From assembly GCA_017427485.1 (NCBI GenBank), contig JAFRSR010000142.1, positions 1,862 to 65,861 of the forward strand: DNA of 64,000 nt. The letters are read 5' to 3'. Within the stretch, counting starts at the first letter, position 1. Each line of letters begins with the position of its first letter. A program made the position numbers and the translations under genes. Positions 55,627 to 64,000 of the stretch are shown one piece after another. The notes beneath the pieces were generated by a model that saw nothing but the letters and a program-made list of their open reading frames with translations, was not told the origin of the DNA and did not search any database. Origin of the DNA: Kiritimatiellia bacterium. Its GTDB lineage: Bacteria; Verrucomicrobiota; Kiritimatiellia; RFP12; UBA1067.

Positions 55627-57735
55627 ATGGTCTGCAAAAAAACGATTGGTCTTTTTTCGGCGTTTCTCGCCGTTGCCTGCGCCCATGGCGCCGCGCTGGA
55701 TATCGCGCCGTTCTCGCACACCTGCGCGTTCACGGTGTCGGGGTACACCGGCGCAAGCGCGTTGGAAGACTTTCCCGTCCTGATCCGCATCTCGCAGTCG
55801 ATCGCTGGATTCTCGTACGCCGACTGCGCGGCGAACGGCGCCGATCTGCGGTTCACGGACGCCAGGGGCGAACTGCTGCAGCACGAGATCGAGTCGTGGA
55901 ACACGTCGGGGGAATCCGTCGTGTGGGTGAAGGTGCCCCGCCTCTCCGGAACTACGACCGCCGTGCACATGTACTACGGCGCAGGCGCCTCCGCGACGTT
56001 GCCGGCGGTCACGGCGAGAAACGTGTGGACGAAGTACGTCACGGTGATCCACGGCGGTTCCGGCATCAGCGACTCTTCGCCCAAGGCGCTTGCCGTCGCG
56101 AACGGCGGCGGCGTGACCGCCACGGCGGGCAGCGGCGTCGTGGGCGGCGGCTTGAACAAGTCCGCCCGAAACACGATCGGCGTGAACATTCCCAATCTCG
56201 TGAAGAACAACAAGCTTTCCGACCCGGGGCTTTTCACCTTCTCCGGATGGTTCAAGCGCGATGCCACGGGAACAACGTCGATTCTGGCGGCAAGCAAGAA
56301 CGCGTGGAACGGGACGGGCTTTCTGCTCCTCTGCGAAGCTGGGAAGCACATGGACGTCGCCGTTCAAACCACCCATCAAGGCACTGGCGGCAAGGGCGCG
56401 CTCGTCATCGGGCAATGGGCGCACGTGGCGTTCTCGTACGACGCGGTCGGCAAGCTGAACACGTATTTCAACGGCGCGCAGATTTATTCGAACGCGTCGG
56501 CGAAGGCGCTGAGCCATGAAGACAGAGCTTCCTGGTCTGTCGGGTCGTACGCGATGAAGGCCTCGACCGACAGCTTCGCGGGCGACATGGACGAAATCCG
56601 CTTCTACGACGGCATCGCGTCCGCCGACTGGGTGAAGGCCGAGAACGACTCCGTGACGAACGCCAGCTTCGCGGTGGCGGGCGCGGCGACGGCGAACACC
56701 GCCTGGGACTGTGCGGGCGGCGTCGTGTCCGCCCGCCAGACGCCCGACGGCATTCTGGTCAACGGCACGCTCGCGCGCATCGACTCGTCGGCTTCGCGCG
56801 TTTCGGTTTCGCTCAAGTGGGGCGAGACGGAGGCTCTGGAGGGCGGGACCGTCACGGTGGGCGTGTTCACCGAGCCGGTGGCGCTCTCGGCGACCTTCCC
56901 CGGCACGACGGCGGACGCGACGTACCATTTCGCCTTCGTGCTGACGCCCAACCAGGGGAACGTGGTGACCTCGCCGGAGTCGACGTTCCGCAGGATCGGA
57001 ACCGAGGCGCTCTGGCGTCCGCAGTCGGCCCATGACACGTGGGACACCGAGTCGTGGCAGCTGGGCGCGCAGATAACCGGGTTCTCGGACGGTTGGCCCG
57101 TGGCGTTCGACGGCGCGGAGCAGAACTACATGGCGACGGTCAAGGTGCCCAGCGCGGTGTCGTCGTCTTCCATGACCGTGGGCGGCGCGAAGAACTATGT
57201 GTTCACGGGCAACAGCCTCATCCTGGCCGACGTGCTGGTGAAGACCGGTTCCGGCACGCTGAAGCCGCAGACGGCGTTTGCGGAACCGCTCAACTTCGTC
57301 GTGCGCGAGGGCGTGGTCGCGTACGACGCCACGTTCAACTTCGGCAGCATCGCCACGGCGGGCACGTCCACGCTCGTCGTCGTCGGCGGGGAATCCGCGG
57401 CGCGCCTCTCCACCACCAAGGAGTTTTCCTTCGGCAGGGGCTCGGGCACTTCCGCGAACGTGACCGTCAAGACGAACGGCACGGTCGTCATGGAGTCGAG
57501 CGTATGGCTTCGCTTCGGCACCAGCCCCGGCTGCACCTGCGACGTCACGATCGAGCGGGGCGGCCTTTTGGAGAGCGGCTGGCTCATGTTCGGCTCGCAG
57601 GCGGCCGTCTGCAACGCACGGGTCGCCGGCACGGTCGTCGTGCGTTCGATGCCTCTTGGCGTGGGCGAGGGCAGCGACTCCTCGCTCGTGCTCGAGCCGG
57701 GCGGACGCATCAAGGCGCGCGGCGTGCAGATGTGA
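55627..57735 (+). CDS. N-terminal segment of a giant surface protein (signal peptide, DUF2341, LamG, beta-helix), ended by an in-frame TGA
   Basis: SD aagaggag followed by ATG 55627. Signal peptide MVCKKTIGLFSAFLAVACAHGA. DUF2341 block EDFPVLIRIS...DLRFTDARGELLQHEIESWNTSGESVVWVKVP...VHMYYG. LamG block WAHVAFSYD...MDEIRFYDG. TGA at 57733-57735. Confidence 0.75.
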   Translation: MVCKKTIGLFSAFLAVACAHGAALDIAPFSHTCAFTVSGYTGASALEDFPVLIRISQSIAGFSYADCAANGADLRFTDARGELLQHEIESWNTSGESVVWVKVPRLSGTTTAVHMYYGAGASATLPAVTARNVWTKYVTVIHGGSGISDSSPKALAVANGGGVTATAGSGVVGGGLNKSARNTIGVNIPNLVKNNKLSDPGLFTFSGWFKRDATGTTSILAASKNAWNGTGFLLLCEAGKHMDVAVQTTHQGTGGKGALVIGQWAHVAFSYDAVGKLNTYFNGAQIYSNASAKALSHEDRASWSVGSYAMKASTDSFAGDMDEIRFYDGIASADWVKAENDSVTNASFAVAGAATANTAWDCAGGVVSARQTPDGILVNGTLARIDSSASRVSVSLKWGETEALEGGTVTVGVFTEPVALSATFPGTTADATYHFAFVLTPNQGNVVTSPESTFRRIGTEALWRPQSAHDTWDTESWQLGAQITGFSDGWPVAFDGAEQNYMATVKVPSAVSSSSMTVGGAKNYVFTGNSLILADVLVKTGSGTLKPQTAFAEPLNFVVREGVVAYDATFNFGSIATAGTSTLVVVGGESAARLSTTKEFSFGRGSGTSANVTVKTNGTVVMESSVWLRFGTSPGCTCDVTIERGGLLESGWLMFGSQAAVCNARVAGTVVVRSMPLGVGEGSDSSLVLEPGGRIKARGVQM

Positions 57736-57813
57736 AACAACAACCCCACGTGGGGCGGACACACCGGACACGCCACGCTGCACGTCCATGACGGCACGCT
57801 CGAGCTCTATCCC

Positions 57814-60800
57814 GTGGCGGCGTACACCGACTATCCGATCATCAACACGACGATGCGCGTCACGTACGAGGACGCCATCACGTTCGACATCCCCGCCGGC
57901 GGCTCCTCTTTCCTCGCGGCATCGGTCACCAACGTGACCGCGGGCGCCACCGGGCACTTCGTGAAGACGGGCGGCGGCGACCTCACCGTCACGGGCGACG
58001 TGGGCGGTATCACCGGGGCGATCGACGTCCTCGCCGGGCGCCTCATCTTCAACCAGGCGTTCGCGGAGGGCGCGGACGTGACGGTCAACCTCTCGGAGGA
58101 GGGCGCCGTGGGCTGCAACGTCGCGGGCGGCGCCGTCGGCATCCTCAAGTACATTCCGAAGGACTCCCGCGGCACGCTCATAATCCACGACAACAACGCG
58201 AACGAGACGATCGACCTGAGCGAATACCCGTACCTCAAGGTGGCCGTTTGCGCGGGCGGCGGATTCAGCGGCACCGTCATCCCCTACGGGAACCACTACG
58301 TGTTCGACATGTTCGGCAGGGAAGGCGCGCTCAACGTGCCGCTGGCGGACGCGGACGGCGTGCCCGCGCGCATCACGCTGACCGATTCCCTCGGCGGCGG
58401 CGCGCTCGTGCTTGCGGCGGACAACTCCGGAATGTCAGGCCCCATCGAAGTCTCCGGCGACGTGCGCCTCCGCCTCGCCCATGCGCAGGCGGCCGGCACG
58501 GGCAACATCACGCTCGGCGAGGGATCGTCGATCGACATCGCCGCAGCAGTCGGCGCGAACTTCCTCTCGACGCGCGTGACGCAGGACTCGCGTCCGGCGT
58601 TCGTGTTCATCAGCGCGGGCGGCGAGGCGACCGACGTGGATCTCTCGCGCTTCCCGGGATGCCGCCTCGGCACGGTGGGCAGCGTCTCCGTCACGCAGAC
58701 CGGCGCCGTGACTCCGCGCGACGGCGAGTACGTCCTCGGCGGCGGCGACACGCCTCACACCTCCAACTACTCCGGCCTCACGCCCGGCGTTCTCGTTGAC
58801 GTTACGGGAGAATCCAGGAAGGTCGTGGTCGACCGCCCCGGAATGATCAACCTCTCGAACACGGCGAACGCCTACTCTGGCGGCACCGTGGTGACGAACG
58901 GCGGCAAGGTGTACGTGGCGGGTACGGACGGCTTCGGCGCCGTGCCTGCCGCGTTAGACGCGCACAACATCGAGGTGGACGGCGGCGTCGTGCGCCAAGG
59001 CAACATCAACACCACGCTCGACGCAAAGCGCGGCCTTTGGGTGGGCGCGGGCGGCATGACCCTTCATCCCTGGGGCGGCTACACGCTCACCATTCCCGGC
59101 GGACTGGGCGGCACGGGCCCAATCTCCATCACGGACAACGGACATCTCACGCTCCCCGGCCCGTACAACACCTACAACGGCGCGATAACCATGAGCAGAA
59201 CGGCCTCGATCCTCACGATCGGCGGCGCGGACGCGTTCTCCTGGGTGTCGACGGGCGGCATCTCCACGATCGGAACGGTCGCGTTGAACGCTTCGGGCGA
59301 CGCCACTTTCGCGGACACGGTGAGCGGCACCGGCGGGCTGAAGAAGCAAGGCGCGGGCACGCTCACGCTCACTCGCGCGCACGCCTTCACCGGCGCCACG
59401 ACGGTCGAGGCGGGCACGCTGCGGCTCGCCGACGGCGGACGGATCGCCTCGACCTCCGCGATCAACAACGATTCCGACATCTTCGTCGACTTCGCGGGCA
59501 GCGCAAAGGACGCCTTCGGCAACGCGCCCATCTACGGTCCCGGCACGGTCAGGTTCGCCGCCGGCAGCAACACGACGATCGACAGACCCTTGCCGGGCGT
59601 GGGGAATCTTGCCGCGGAGAACGGCGCGACGCTCGACTACAAGGTTGCCGGATCCGCGTCCGTCACGGTGGATGACGCCACGCTCGCGCTTTACGGAACC
59701 GGCGGCGGCACGGCCGTCTCGGGCTTCGCCGACTTCAAGCGGAACGGCACCGTGGAGATGGTTGGCGAGGACGGGAACGAGATACAGCTCTCGTCCGCGG
59801 AGACGTACAAGGGCGGCACCGCTTTCTGGCGGAAACGCGTGAGCGTGACGCGTCCGTGGGTCGCGAGCTTCACCTACAAGACCGTCGCCCCGCCGGCCAG
59901 CCCCGCGGACGGCTTTGCGTTCTTCCTCCACAACGATTCCAGGGGACTCAACGCGGCAGGGGGAACCGGCGGCGGCATCTGCGCGAACGGCATCACGCCG
60001 TCCATCGGCGCGGCGTACAACATCTACAATGCCGACACGGCGGGATGGCTCGTCAACGGCGCCAAGACGAGCATGACGAACCTGCACACGTCCGCCGGCG
60101 ACATCTCCATCCAGGACGGCATCGACGTATGCGTGACGTATGACGGCGCGGGCAAGCTCGTGCATCACGTCTACTCGGGTTTCAAGTACGCGGCGCGCAC
60201 GAATTCCGTCAACCTGCAGGAGGCGCTGGGCGCGCCCACCGCCTGGATCGGCTTCTCCGGCGCGACGGGCGGTTCCTACTGCGACCAGCGCATCGCGAAC
60301 TTCCGCTTCTCGCAGGCGGACGTCGCCGGCGCGGTCGACATCGAGCCGTCGGGCGACGCCTCGAAGTGGCGGCTCAACGGCAACGCCGCGTACGAGGCGG
60401 TCGAGGGCACGCCCGCGTTCCGGCTCACCGACACGTCCAATTACCAGACGAGCGCCGTGACGCGCCTCGAGCGCGTGTACGTGGGCGCGCCGTTTAAGAT
60501 CAGCGGCACATACCATTTCACCGCCCCCGCCGGCAACGCGGCCGACGGCGCGGCCGTGTTCCTGCACGTCAACTCGCCCATGACCGTCGCCGCGCACGGC
60601 GCTTCGCTGGGCGTGGGCGGGGCTGGCTTCAACAATGCGCGGTTCACCACCGCCTTTGGATGGGGGATCAAGATCTATCCTTCGCCTGCGATCGCGGCCA
60701 TCACGAACGGGGTGATCGGCACGGCCGTCGCGGACCTCAACGGCATCGATCCGAAGAACATGAATCCGGTGGACTTCACGGTCTCGTACGTGCCGGGACG

Positions 60801-61491
60801 GCTCTCGTTCGAAGTGACGCAGGACGGCAAGACGGCAACGTTCTCGCAGGACGTGAATCTCGTGCAGAAGTTCGGCGAGAATTTCGCCTACCTCTCGTTC
60901 TCCGGCGGCACCGGCGGGTACAATGCACGGCAGTACGTCTACGATCTTTCGCTGGAGTATGAGGCCGACGATTCGTACGGCGCGGCAGGCTACGGCGACG
61001 TGGCATTCAGGGGCAGCGACACGTTGCGCATCGCGGCCGGGACCAACGAGGTCGCCGAGGTGAGAACCGTCACGTTCGTGGACAATGCCATCGTGGGCGT
61101 GCGCGCGTCCGGCAATGCCAACCTGCCGTACGTCTTGCGGGCGGACCGCATCGAGTTCGACGTTACCGGCGACGGCGCCACTCCCTCCATCAACCTTGCG
61201 GCGAACGGTTCGGCGGCGGGCACGCTCCAGATCGGCGCGATTGCGTACGGCGCGAAGCCGTCCCTGCTCAAGATCACGGGCGCGGCGAGCGGAATCGACG
61301 GCGCGAAGGTGAGGATCGAGATGCCACTGTTCAACGGGATCGTGAAGCTCCTTGACCTCACGGACGCGACGGGTCTTTCGCTTGAGGACTTCGAGCTCGT
61401 CACCGAAACGCGGCCGCCGGTCAAGCTTGACCTGAAGGACGGCATCCTCAGCGCGATTCACGACTCCGGCACTCTCCTGTTCTTCCGCTGA
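57814..61491 (+). CDS. C-terminal segment of the same giant surface protein (beta-helix/PATR repeats plus two L-type-lectin-like domains)
   Basis: It is in the same frame as 55627-57735, and codons 57736-57813 are open. There is no signal peptide of its own. PATR repeat LKKQGAGTLTLTRAHAFTGATTVEAGTLRL. Lectin-like blocks ...ADGFAFFLHNDS... and ...ADGAAVFLHVNS... It ends ...SGTLLFFR. Confidence 0.7.
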   Translation: MAAYTDYPIINTTMRVTYEDAITFDIPAGGSSFLAASVTNVTAGATGHFVKTGGGDLTVTGDVGGITGAIDVLAGRLIFNQAFAEGADVTVNLSEEGAVGCNVAGGAVGILKYIPKDSRGTLIIHDNNANETIDLSEYPYLKVAVCAGGGFSGTVIPYGNHYVFDMFGREGALNVPLADADGVPARITLTDSLGGGALVLAADNSGMSGPIEVSGDVRLRLAHAQAAGTGNITLGEGSSIDIAAAVGANFLSTRVTQDSRPAFVFISAGGEATDVDLSRFPGCRLGTVGSVSVTQTGAVTPRDGEYVLGGGDTPHTSNYSGLTPGVLVDVTGESRKVVVDRPGMINLSNTANAYSGGTVVTNGGKVYVAGTDGFGAVPAALDAHNIEVDGGVVRQGNINTTLDAKRGLWVGAGGMTLHPWGGYTLTIPGGLGGTGPISITDNGHLTLPGPYNTYNGAITMSRTASILTIGGADAFSWVSTGGISTIGTVALNASGDATFADTVSGTGGLKKQGAGTLTLTRAHAFTGATTVEAGTLRLADGGRIASTSAINNDSDIFVDFAGSAKDAFGNAPIYGPGTVRFAAGSNTTIDRPLPGVGNLAAENGATLDYKVAGSASVTVDDATLALYGTGGGTAVSGFADFKRNGTVEMVGEDGNEIQLSSAETYKGGTAFWRKRVSVTRPWVASFTYKTVAPPASPADGFAFFLHNDSRGLNAAGGTGGGICANGITPSIGAAYNIYNADTAGWLVNGAKTSMTNLHTSAGDISIQDGIDVCVTYDGAGKLVHHVYSGFKYAARTNSVNLQEALGAPTAWIGFSGATGGSYCDQRIANFRFSQADVAGAVDIEPSGDASKWRLNGNAAYEAVEGTPAFRLTDTSNYQTSAVTRLERVYVGAPFKISGTYHFTAPAGNAADGAAVFLHVNSPMTVAAHGASLGVGGAGFNNARFTTAFGWGIKIYPSPAIAAITNGVIGTAVADLNGIDPKNMNPVDFTVSYVPGRLSFEVTQDGKTATFSQDVNLVQKFGENFAYLSFSGGTGGYNARQYVYDLSLEYEADDSYGAAGYGDVAFRGSDTLRIAAGTNEVAEVRTVTFVDNAIVGVRASGNANLPYVLRADRIEFDVTGDGATPSINLAANGSAAGTLQIGAIAYGAKPSLLKITGAASGIDGAKVRIEMPLFNGIVKLLDLTDATGLSLEDFELVTETRPPVKLDLKDGILSAIHDSGTLLFFR

Positions 61492-61779
61492 ACCTGCACC
61501 AGAGGTGAAGAAGCCCGCCGCCAAGCCCGTGGCAATGAAAAGAGTCGGAAAGTTTGAGAGCTTGAAACATTATAAAGGATGAAAATGGCCATGAGAAACA
61601 TATTCGTGATCGGAGCCGTTGCGACCGTGTCGGGGCTTGAGGAAGACCAGTGCGTCTGCGGACGGTTCCGCGCCGTGAACGCCTACGGCGAGGCGTGGTC
61701 GGCGCCGCTGGCCGGTCGGGCGTAGACGGAGCCGACCGGGCGTTTCGCGCGCATCGTCGTCACGAACCTCGCGGAGGGG

Positions 61780-62745
61780 GTGGCGCTGGCGGACTTTCCG
61801 CTGTGCGTCAAGCTGCCGGCGAGCGTCGGCCTGCCGGACGACCCTGCGGGGCTGCGCTTCGTCGGCTCCAACGGCAACGCGCTGGCTTTCGAGATCGAGA
61901 CGTGGGACGCGGCAGGCGAAAGCGTCGTGTGGGTGCGCGTGCCCAGCCTCGCGCAGGGGACGACCCTCCGCGCCCTCTGGAGCGCTACGACGGCGGCGCA
62001 CGGCGCGGCGCACGCCGACACCGTGTGGAACTCCGAATACAAGGCCGTCTACCATCTGGCGTCGGGGAACGACTCCTCTCCCAACGCGCGGCATTTCGAG
62101 ACCGACACGCTCAGCGTTGACGCGGCCGGTGCGGTCGGGCGCGGACGTTCGTTCGCGGGAACGGCTTCGAAGCACATGACACGGCATGCGCCGTGGTTGG
62201 CCGACCTTTCCGGCGCGTTCACCATCTCGGGATGGATCCGTCCGGCCGCGGATGCGACCGGGCAGGCATACATGATGCAGATGTACAACGACTATGCGCA
62301 GTTCGCCATCCTGTACAACTGGGACGGCGGGCGCGTGCTCCAGTTCTTCCATGGCTACGAAATGAACGCATACGGCAGCGGCGCCCAAGGCGAAGACATG
62401 CGCTACACGGCGTCGCCGATGACGATCCCCGACGACGGGGACTGGCACCACTTCGCCTATTCGTACGACCAGGAGGCGTTCAGCGTCTATCTGGACGGCG
62501 AGCTTCTGCGCTGCCTGCCGCGCGAATACGGCCTGGGTAGCGGGCAGCCCGGCCTGCAAAACGTCAACTTCGAACTGGGCCAGACGAGGGGAAGCGGCAA
62601 TCGGTTCAAGGGCGATCTCGACGAGATTCGTTTCGAGTCCGCGCGGCGTTCCGATGCCTGGCTCCGCGCGTGCTATCTGAGCCAGAAGGGCGCGTTGGTC
62701 TCGGTGAGGCCTGAGTCGGCCGGATTCAAGATCATCTTCCGCTAG
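61780..62745 (+). CDS. DUF2341 + LamG (Laminin_G_3) protein; the frame continues upstream to ATG 61585 across a TAG
   Basis: DUF2341 block LADFPLCVKL...GLRFVGSNGNALAFEIETWDAAGESVVWVRVP. LamG block WHHFAYSYD...LDEIRFESARRS. It ends ...AGFKIIFR. The listed GTG start has no signal peptide. Confidence 0.65.
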   Translation: MALADFPLCVKLPASVGLPDDPAGLRFVGSNGNALAFEIETWDAAGESVVWVRVPSLAQGTTLRALWSATTAAHGAAHADTVWNSEYKAVYHLASGNDSSPNARHFETDTLSVDAAGAVGRGRSFAGTASKHMTRHAPWLADLSGAFTISGWIRPAADATGQAYMMQMYNDYAQFAILYNWDGGRVLQFFHGYEMNAYGSGAQGEDMRYTASPMTIPDDGDWHHFAYSYDQEAFSVYLDGELLRCLPREYGLGSGQPGLQNVNFELGQTRGSGNRFKGDLDEIRFESARRSDAWLRACYLSQKGALVSVRPESAGFKIIFR

Positions 62746-62870
62746 CCGCGTTTTCGCTTGCGCGGGGTGGGGGATTATGGTATTATCGGGGCGTTCATTG
62801 GCGACACTATACCGTTCAGGTGGATTGTCGCCCGTGATGTCACCGGAATGTCACCTAAAGGGAGCTAGAG

Positions 62871-64000
62871 ATGAAAAGTGTGAAAATGCTCGCATGGGCG
62901 GTTGTGGCCGCGACAAGTGCGGCCCTCCCGGCCATGGCCGCGACGGTCACGGTCAACGCGCCGGCGGGCACGTCGACGAACGTGACGCAGGTGTTCAGCG
63001 GCGCGACGACCGTCGCCGTCAACACGGGCGCGACGGGCGGCACGGTGCGGCTCAGCCCGCACAACGCGCACACGGGCGGCACCACGCTCTCCTCCGGCAC
63101 GCTCGACGTGCAGCAGGAGTCGCAGCTCGGCGGATCGCTCAAGCTTCTCGGCGGCAACTTCCGCTACTCCGGCCCGGCGGGCGCCGTGTGGACGACCGCG
63201 ATCACGAACTCCGCGCCGAACGCGGCCGTGTCGCAGAACTGGCGCATCGACAGCGACCTCACGATGGCGGGCAACGTGTGGTCCACCGACGGCCTGTTCG
63301 TGAAGACAGGTCCCGCCACGCTCACGCTGACCAAGCCGTTCTACCTCGGCGCGGAGACGACCAACCACGGTTCGCGCGACACGCTCATCGACCTGAGCGA
63401 CGACCGTGCGCCCACGACTGGCATGTCCGGCGCGACGATCGCCGAGGGAACGGTCGTCATTGACACGCCCTACGACGAATCCGTCACCAACAAGTTCAGC
63501 AACAACGGCGGTGCCTCGATCATCGCCGCGCGCACCACGAACGCCGTCAACGAGGCCGCGCTCATCGTCTCGAACGGCATCACCCGCACACACGCCGCGC
63601 TCGTGGTCGGCGGGGGGTACGGCAAGGGCGCCGTCGGCGGTTCCTACGTGAAGGGACGGCTCGAGGTGTCGGGCGGCACGTTCATTGTCGGAAACACCGC
63701 GGCGAACATTCTCTACACGTGCGTCAACAACATTCCGAACGACTTGCGCGTGGAGGCCGTGGTGGACGTCTTCAGTGGGCAGCGGCTCTACTGCAAGGGC
63801 TACTGCCCCGCCTACAACAAGAACACGTACTCCCTGACGTGCGTCCACGACGGCGGTTATTTCTACAATCAGGACAACAGCATCGTCGCAGGCAATACCA
63901 GCACCGCCCCAGCCGACGCCTCCACCACGAACGAGGTCGTCATCACCGGCAGCGGGTCGCACCTCCTTTGCCAGAACTTCGAGAACGACCGCCAGAACGC
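62871..64000 (+). CDS. secreted beta-helix surface protein, N-terminal part (3' end off the window)
   Basis: SD agggag followed by ATG 62871. Signal peptide MKSVKMLAWAVVAATSAALPAMA. The frame is open to base 64000; I translated 63420-64000 without finding a stop. It is absent from the ORF track, probably because the ORF is open-ended. Confidence 0.7.
   Translation, partial: MKSVKMLAWAVVAATSAALPAMAATVTVNAPAGTSTNVTQVFSGATTVAVNTGATGGTVRLSPHNAHTGGTTLSSGTLDVQQESQLGGSLKLLGGNFRYSGPAGAVWTTAITNSAPNAAVSQNWRIDSDLTMAGNVWSTDGLFVKTGPATLTLTKPFYLGAETTNHGSRDTLIDLSDDRAPTTGMSGATIAEGTVVIDTPYDESVTNKFSNNGGASIIAARTTNAVNEAALIVSNGITRTHAALVVGGGYGKGAVGGSYVKGRLEVSGGTFIVGNTAANILYTCVNNIPNDLRVEAVVDVFSGQRLYCKGYCPAYNKNTYSLTCVHDGGYFYNQDNSIVAGNTSTAPADASTTNEVVITGSGSHLLCQNFENDRQN

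Noticed and set aside
57733-57735. Selenocysteine or genetic-code reassignment of TGA (and TAG at 61723)
   Set aside because: Both TGA and TAG terminate many well-defined genes in this window at positions matching family lengths. I see no obvious SECIS-like hairpin right after 57735, and the flanking sequence is not a redox motif. The case is kept as a finding, but recoding is not the favoured explanation.
55603-61524. Two long minus-strand ORFs (55603-58296 and 58954-61524) opposite the split giant gene
   Set aside because: They are shadow frames with Arg/Ala/Gly/Val-rich composition. The plus strand carries the signal peptide and the DUF2341, LamG, PATR and lectin motifs.

Overview
This is a high-GC bacterial chromosomal segment. 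The gene content hints at a PVC-superphylum organism (Kiritimatiellota, Lentisphaerota or Verrucomicrobiota-like), based on Tat-signal Gfo/Idh/MocA and TIM-barrel enzymes and giant autotransporter-associated beta-strand-repeat, LamG and lectin proteins. That taxonomic placement is only a guess. I support about 37 protein genes in four groups. Housekeeping genes are tilS, thiE, an ABC-F ATPase, glpF-glpK, citrate synthase, xseA and a pyrB-like gene. There is also a set of periplasmic or carbohydrate-related enzymes. Accessory genes include an antitoxin plus zeta-toxin-like kinase pair, two Arch-ATPase-type NTPases, one four-helix-bundle (23S-IVS-type) gene and one decayed GxxExxY gene. The largest group is nine Sec-secreted beta-helix or lectin-fold surface proteins, seven of them roughly 800 to 1950 aa. 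I saw no rRNA, tRNA, CRISPR array, transposase or integrase. Five things deserve a second look. (1) Every complete giant or lectin protein ends in the same terminal tail, G-x-hydrophobic(3)-F/L-R/K-COOH, which I cannot assign to any named sorting signal. (2) A family of about 30-nt GC-stem hairpins with a CGTCTCG-type loop occurs in intergenic DNA and also in frame inside three conserved genes (tilS, ABC-F, a FAD oxidoreductase), which resembles Rickettsia palindromic elements. (3) A second class of elements consists of inverted or direct arrays of 7-nt or 9-nt units. Two of these sit in frame inside coding sequence: an MFS transporter loop and a glycosidase signal peptide. (4) Two adjacent surface-protein genes carry in-frame stop codons (TGA and TAG). 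(5) Many extended -10 boxes lie 6-8 nt upstream of ATG, implying leaderless mRNAs, and several genes are linked by ATGA stop/start overlaps, including small upstream ORFs. All calls come from reading the sequence and the supplied ORF translations. No database search was run.
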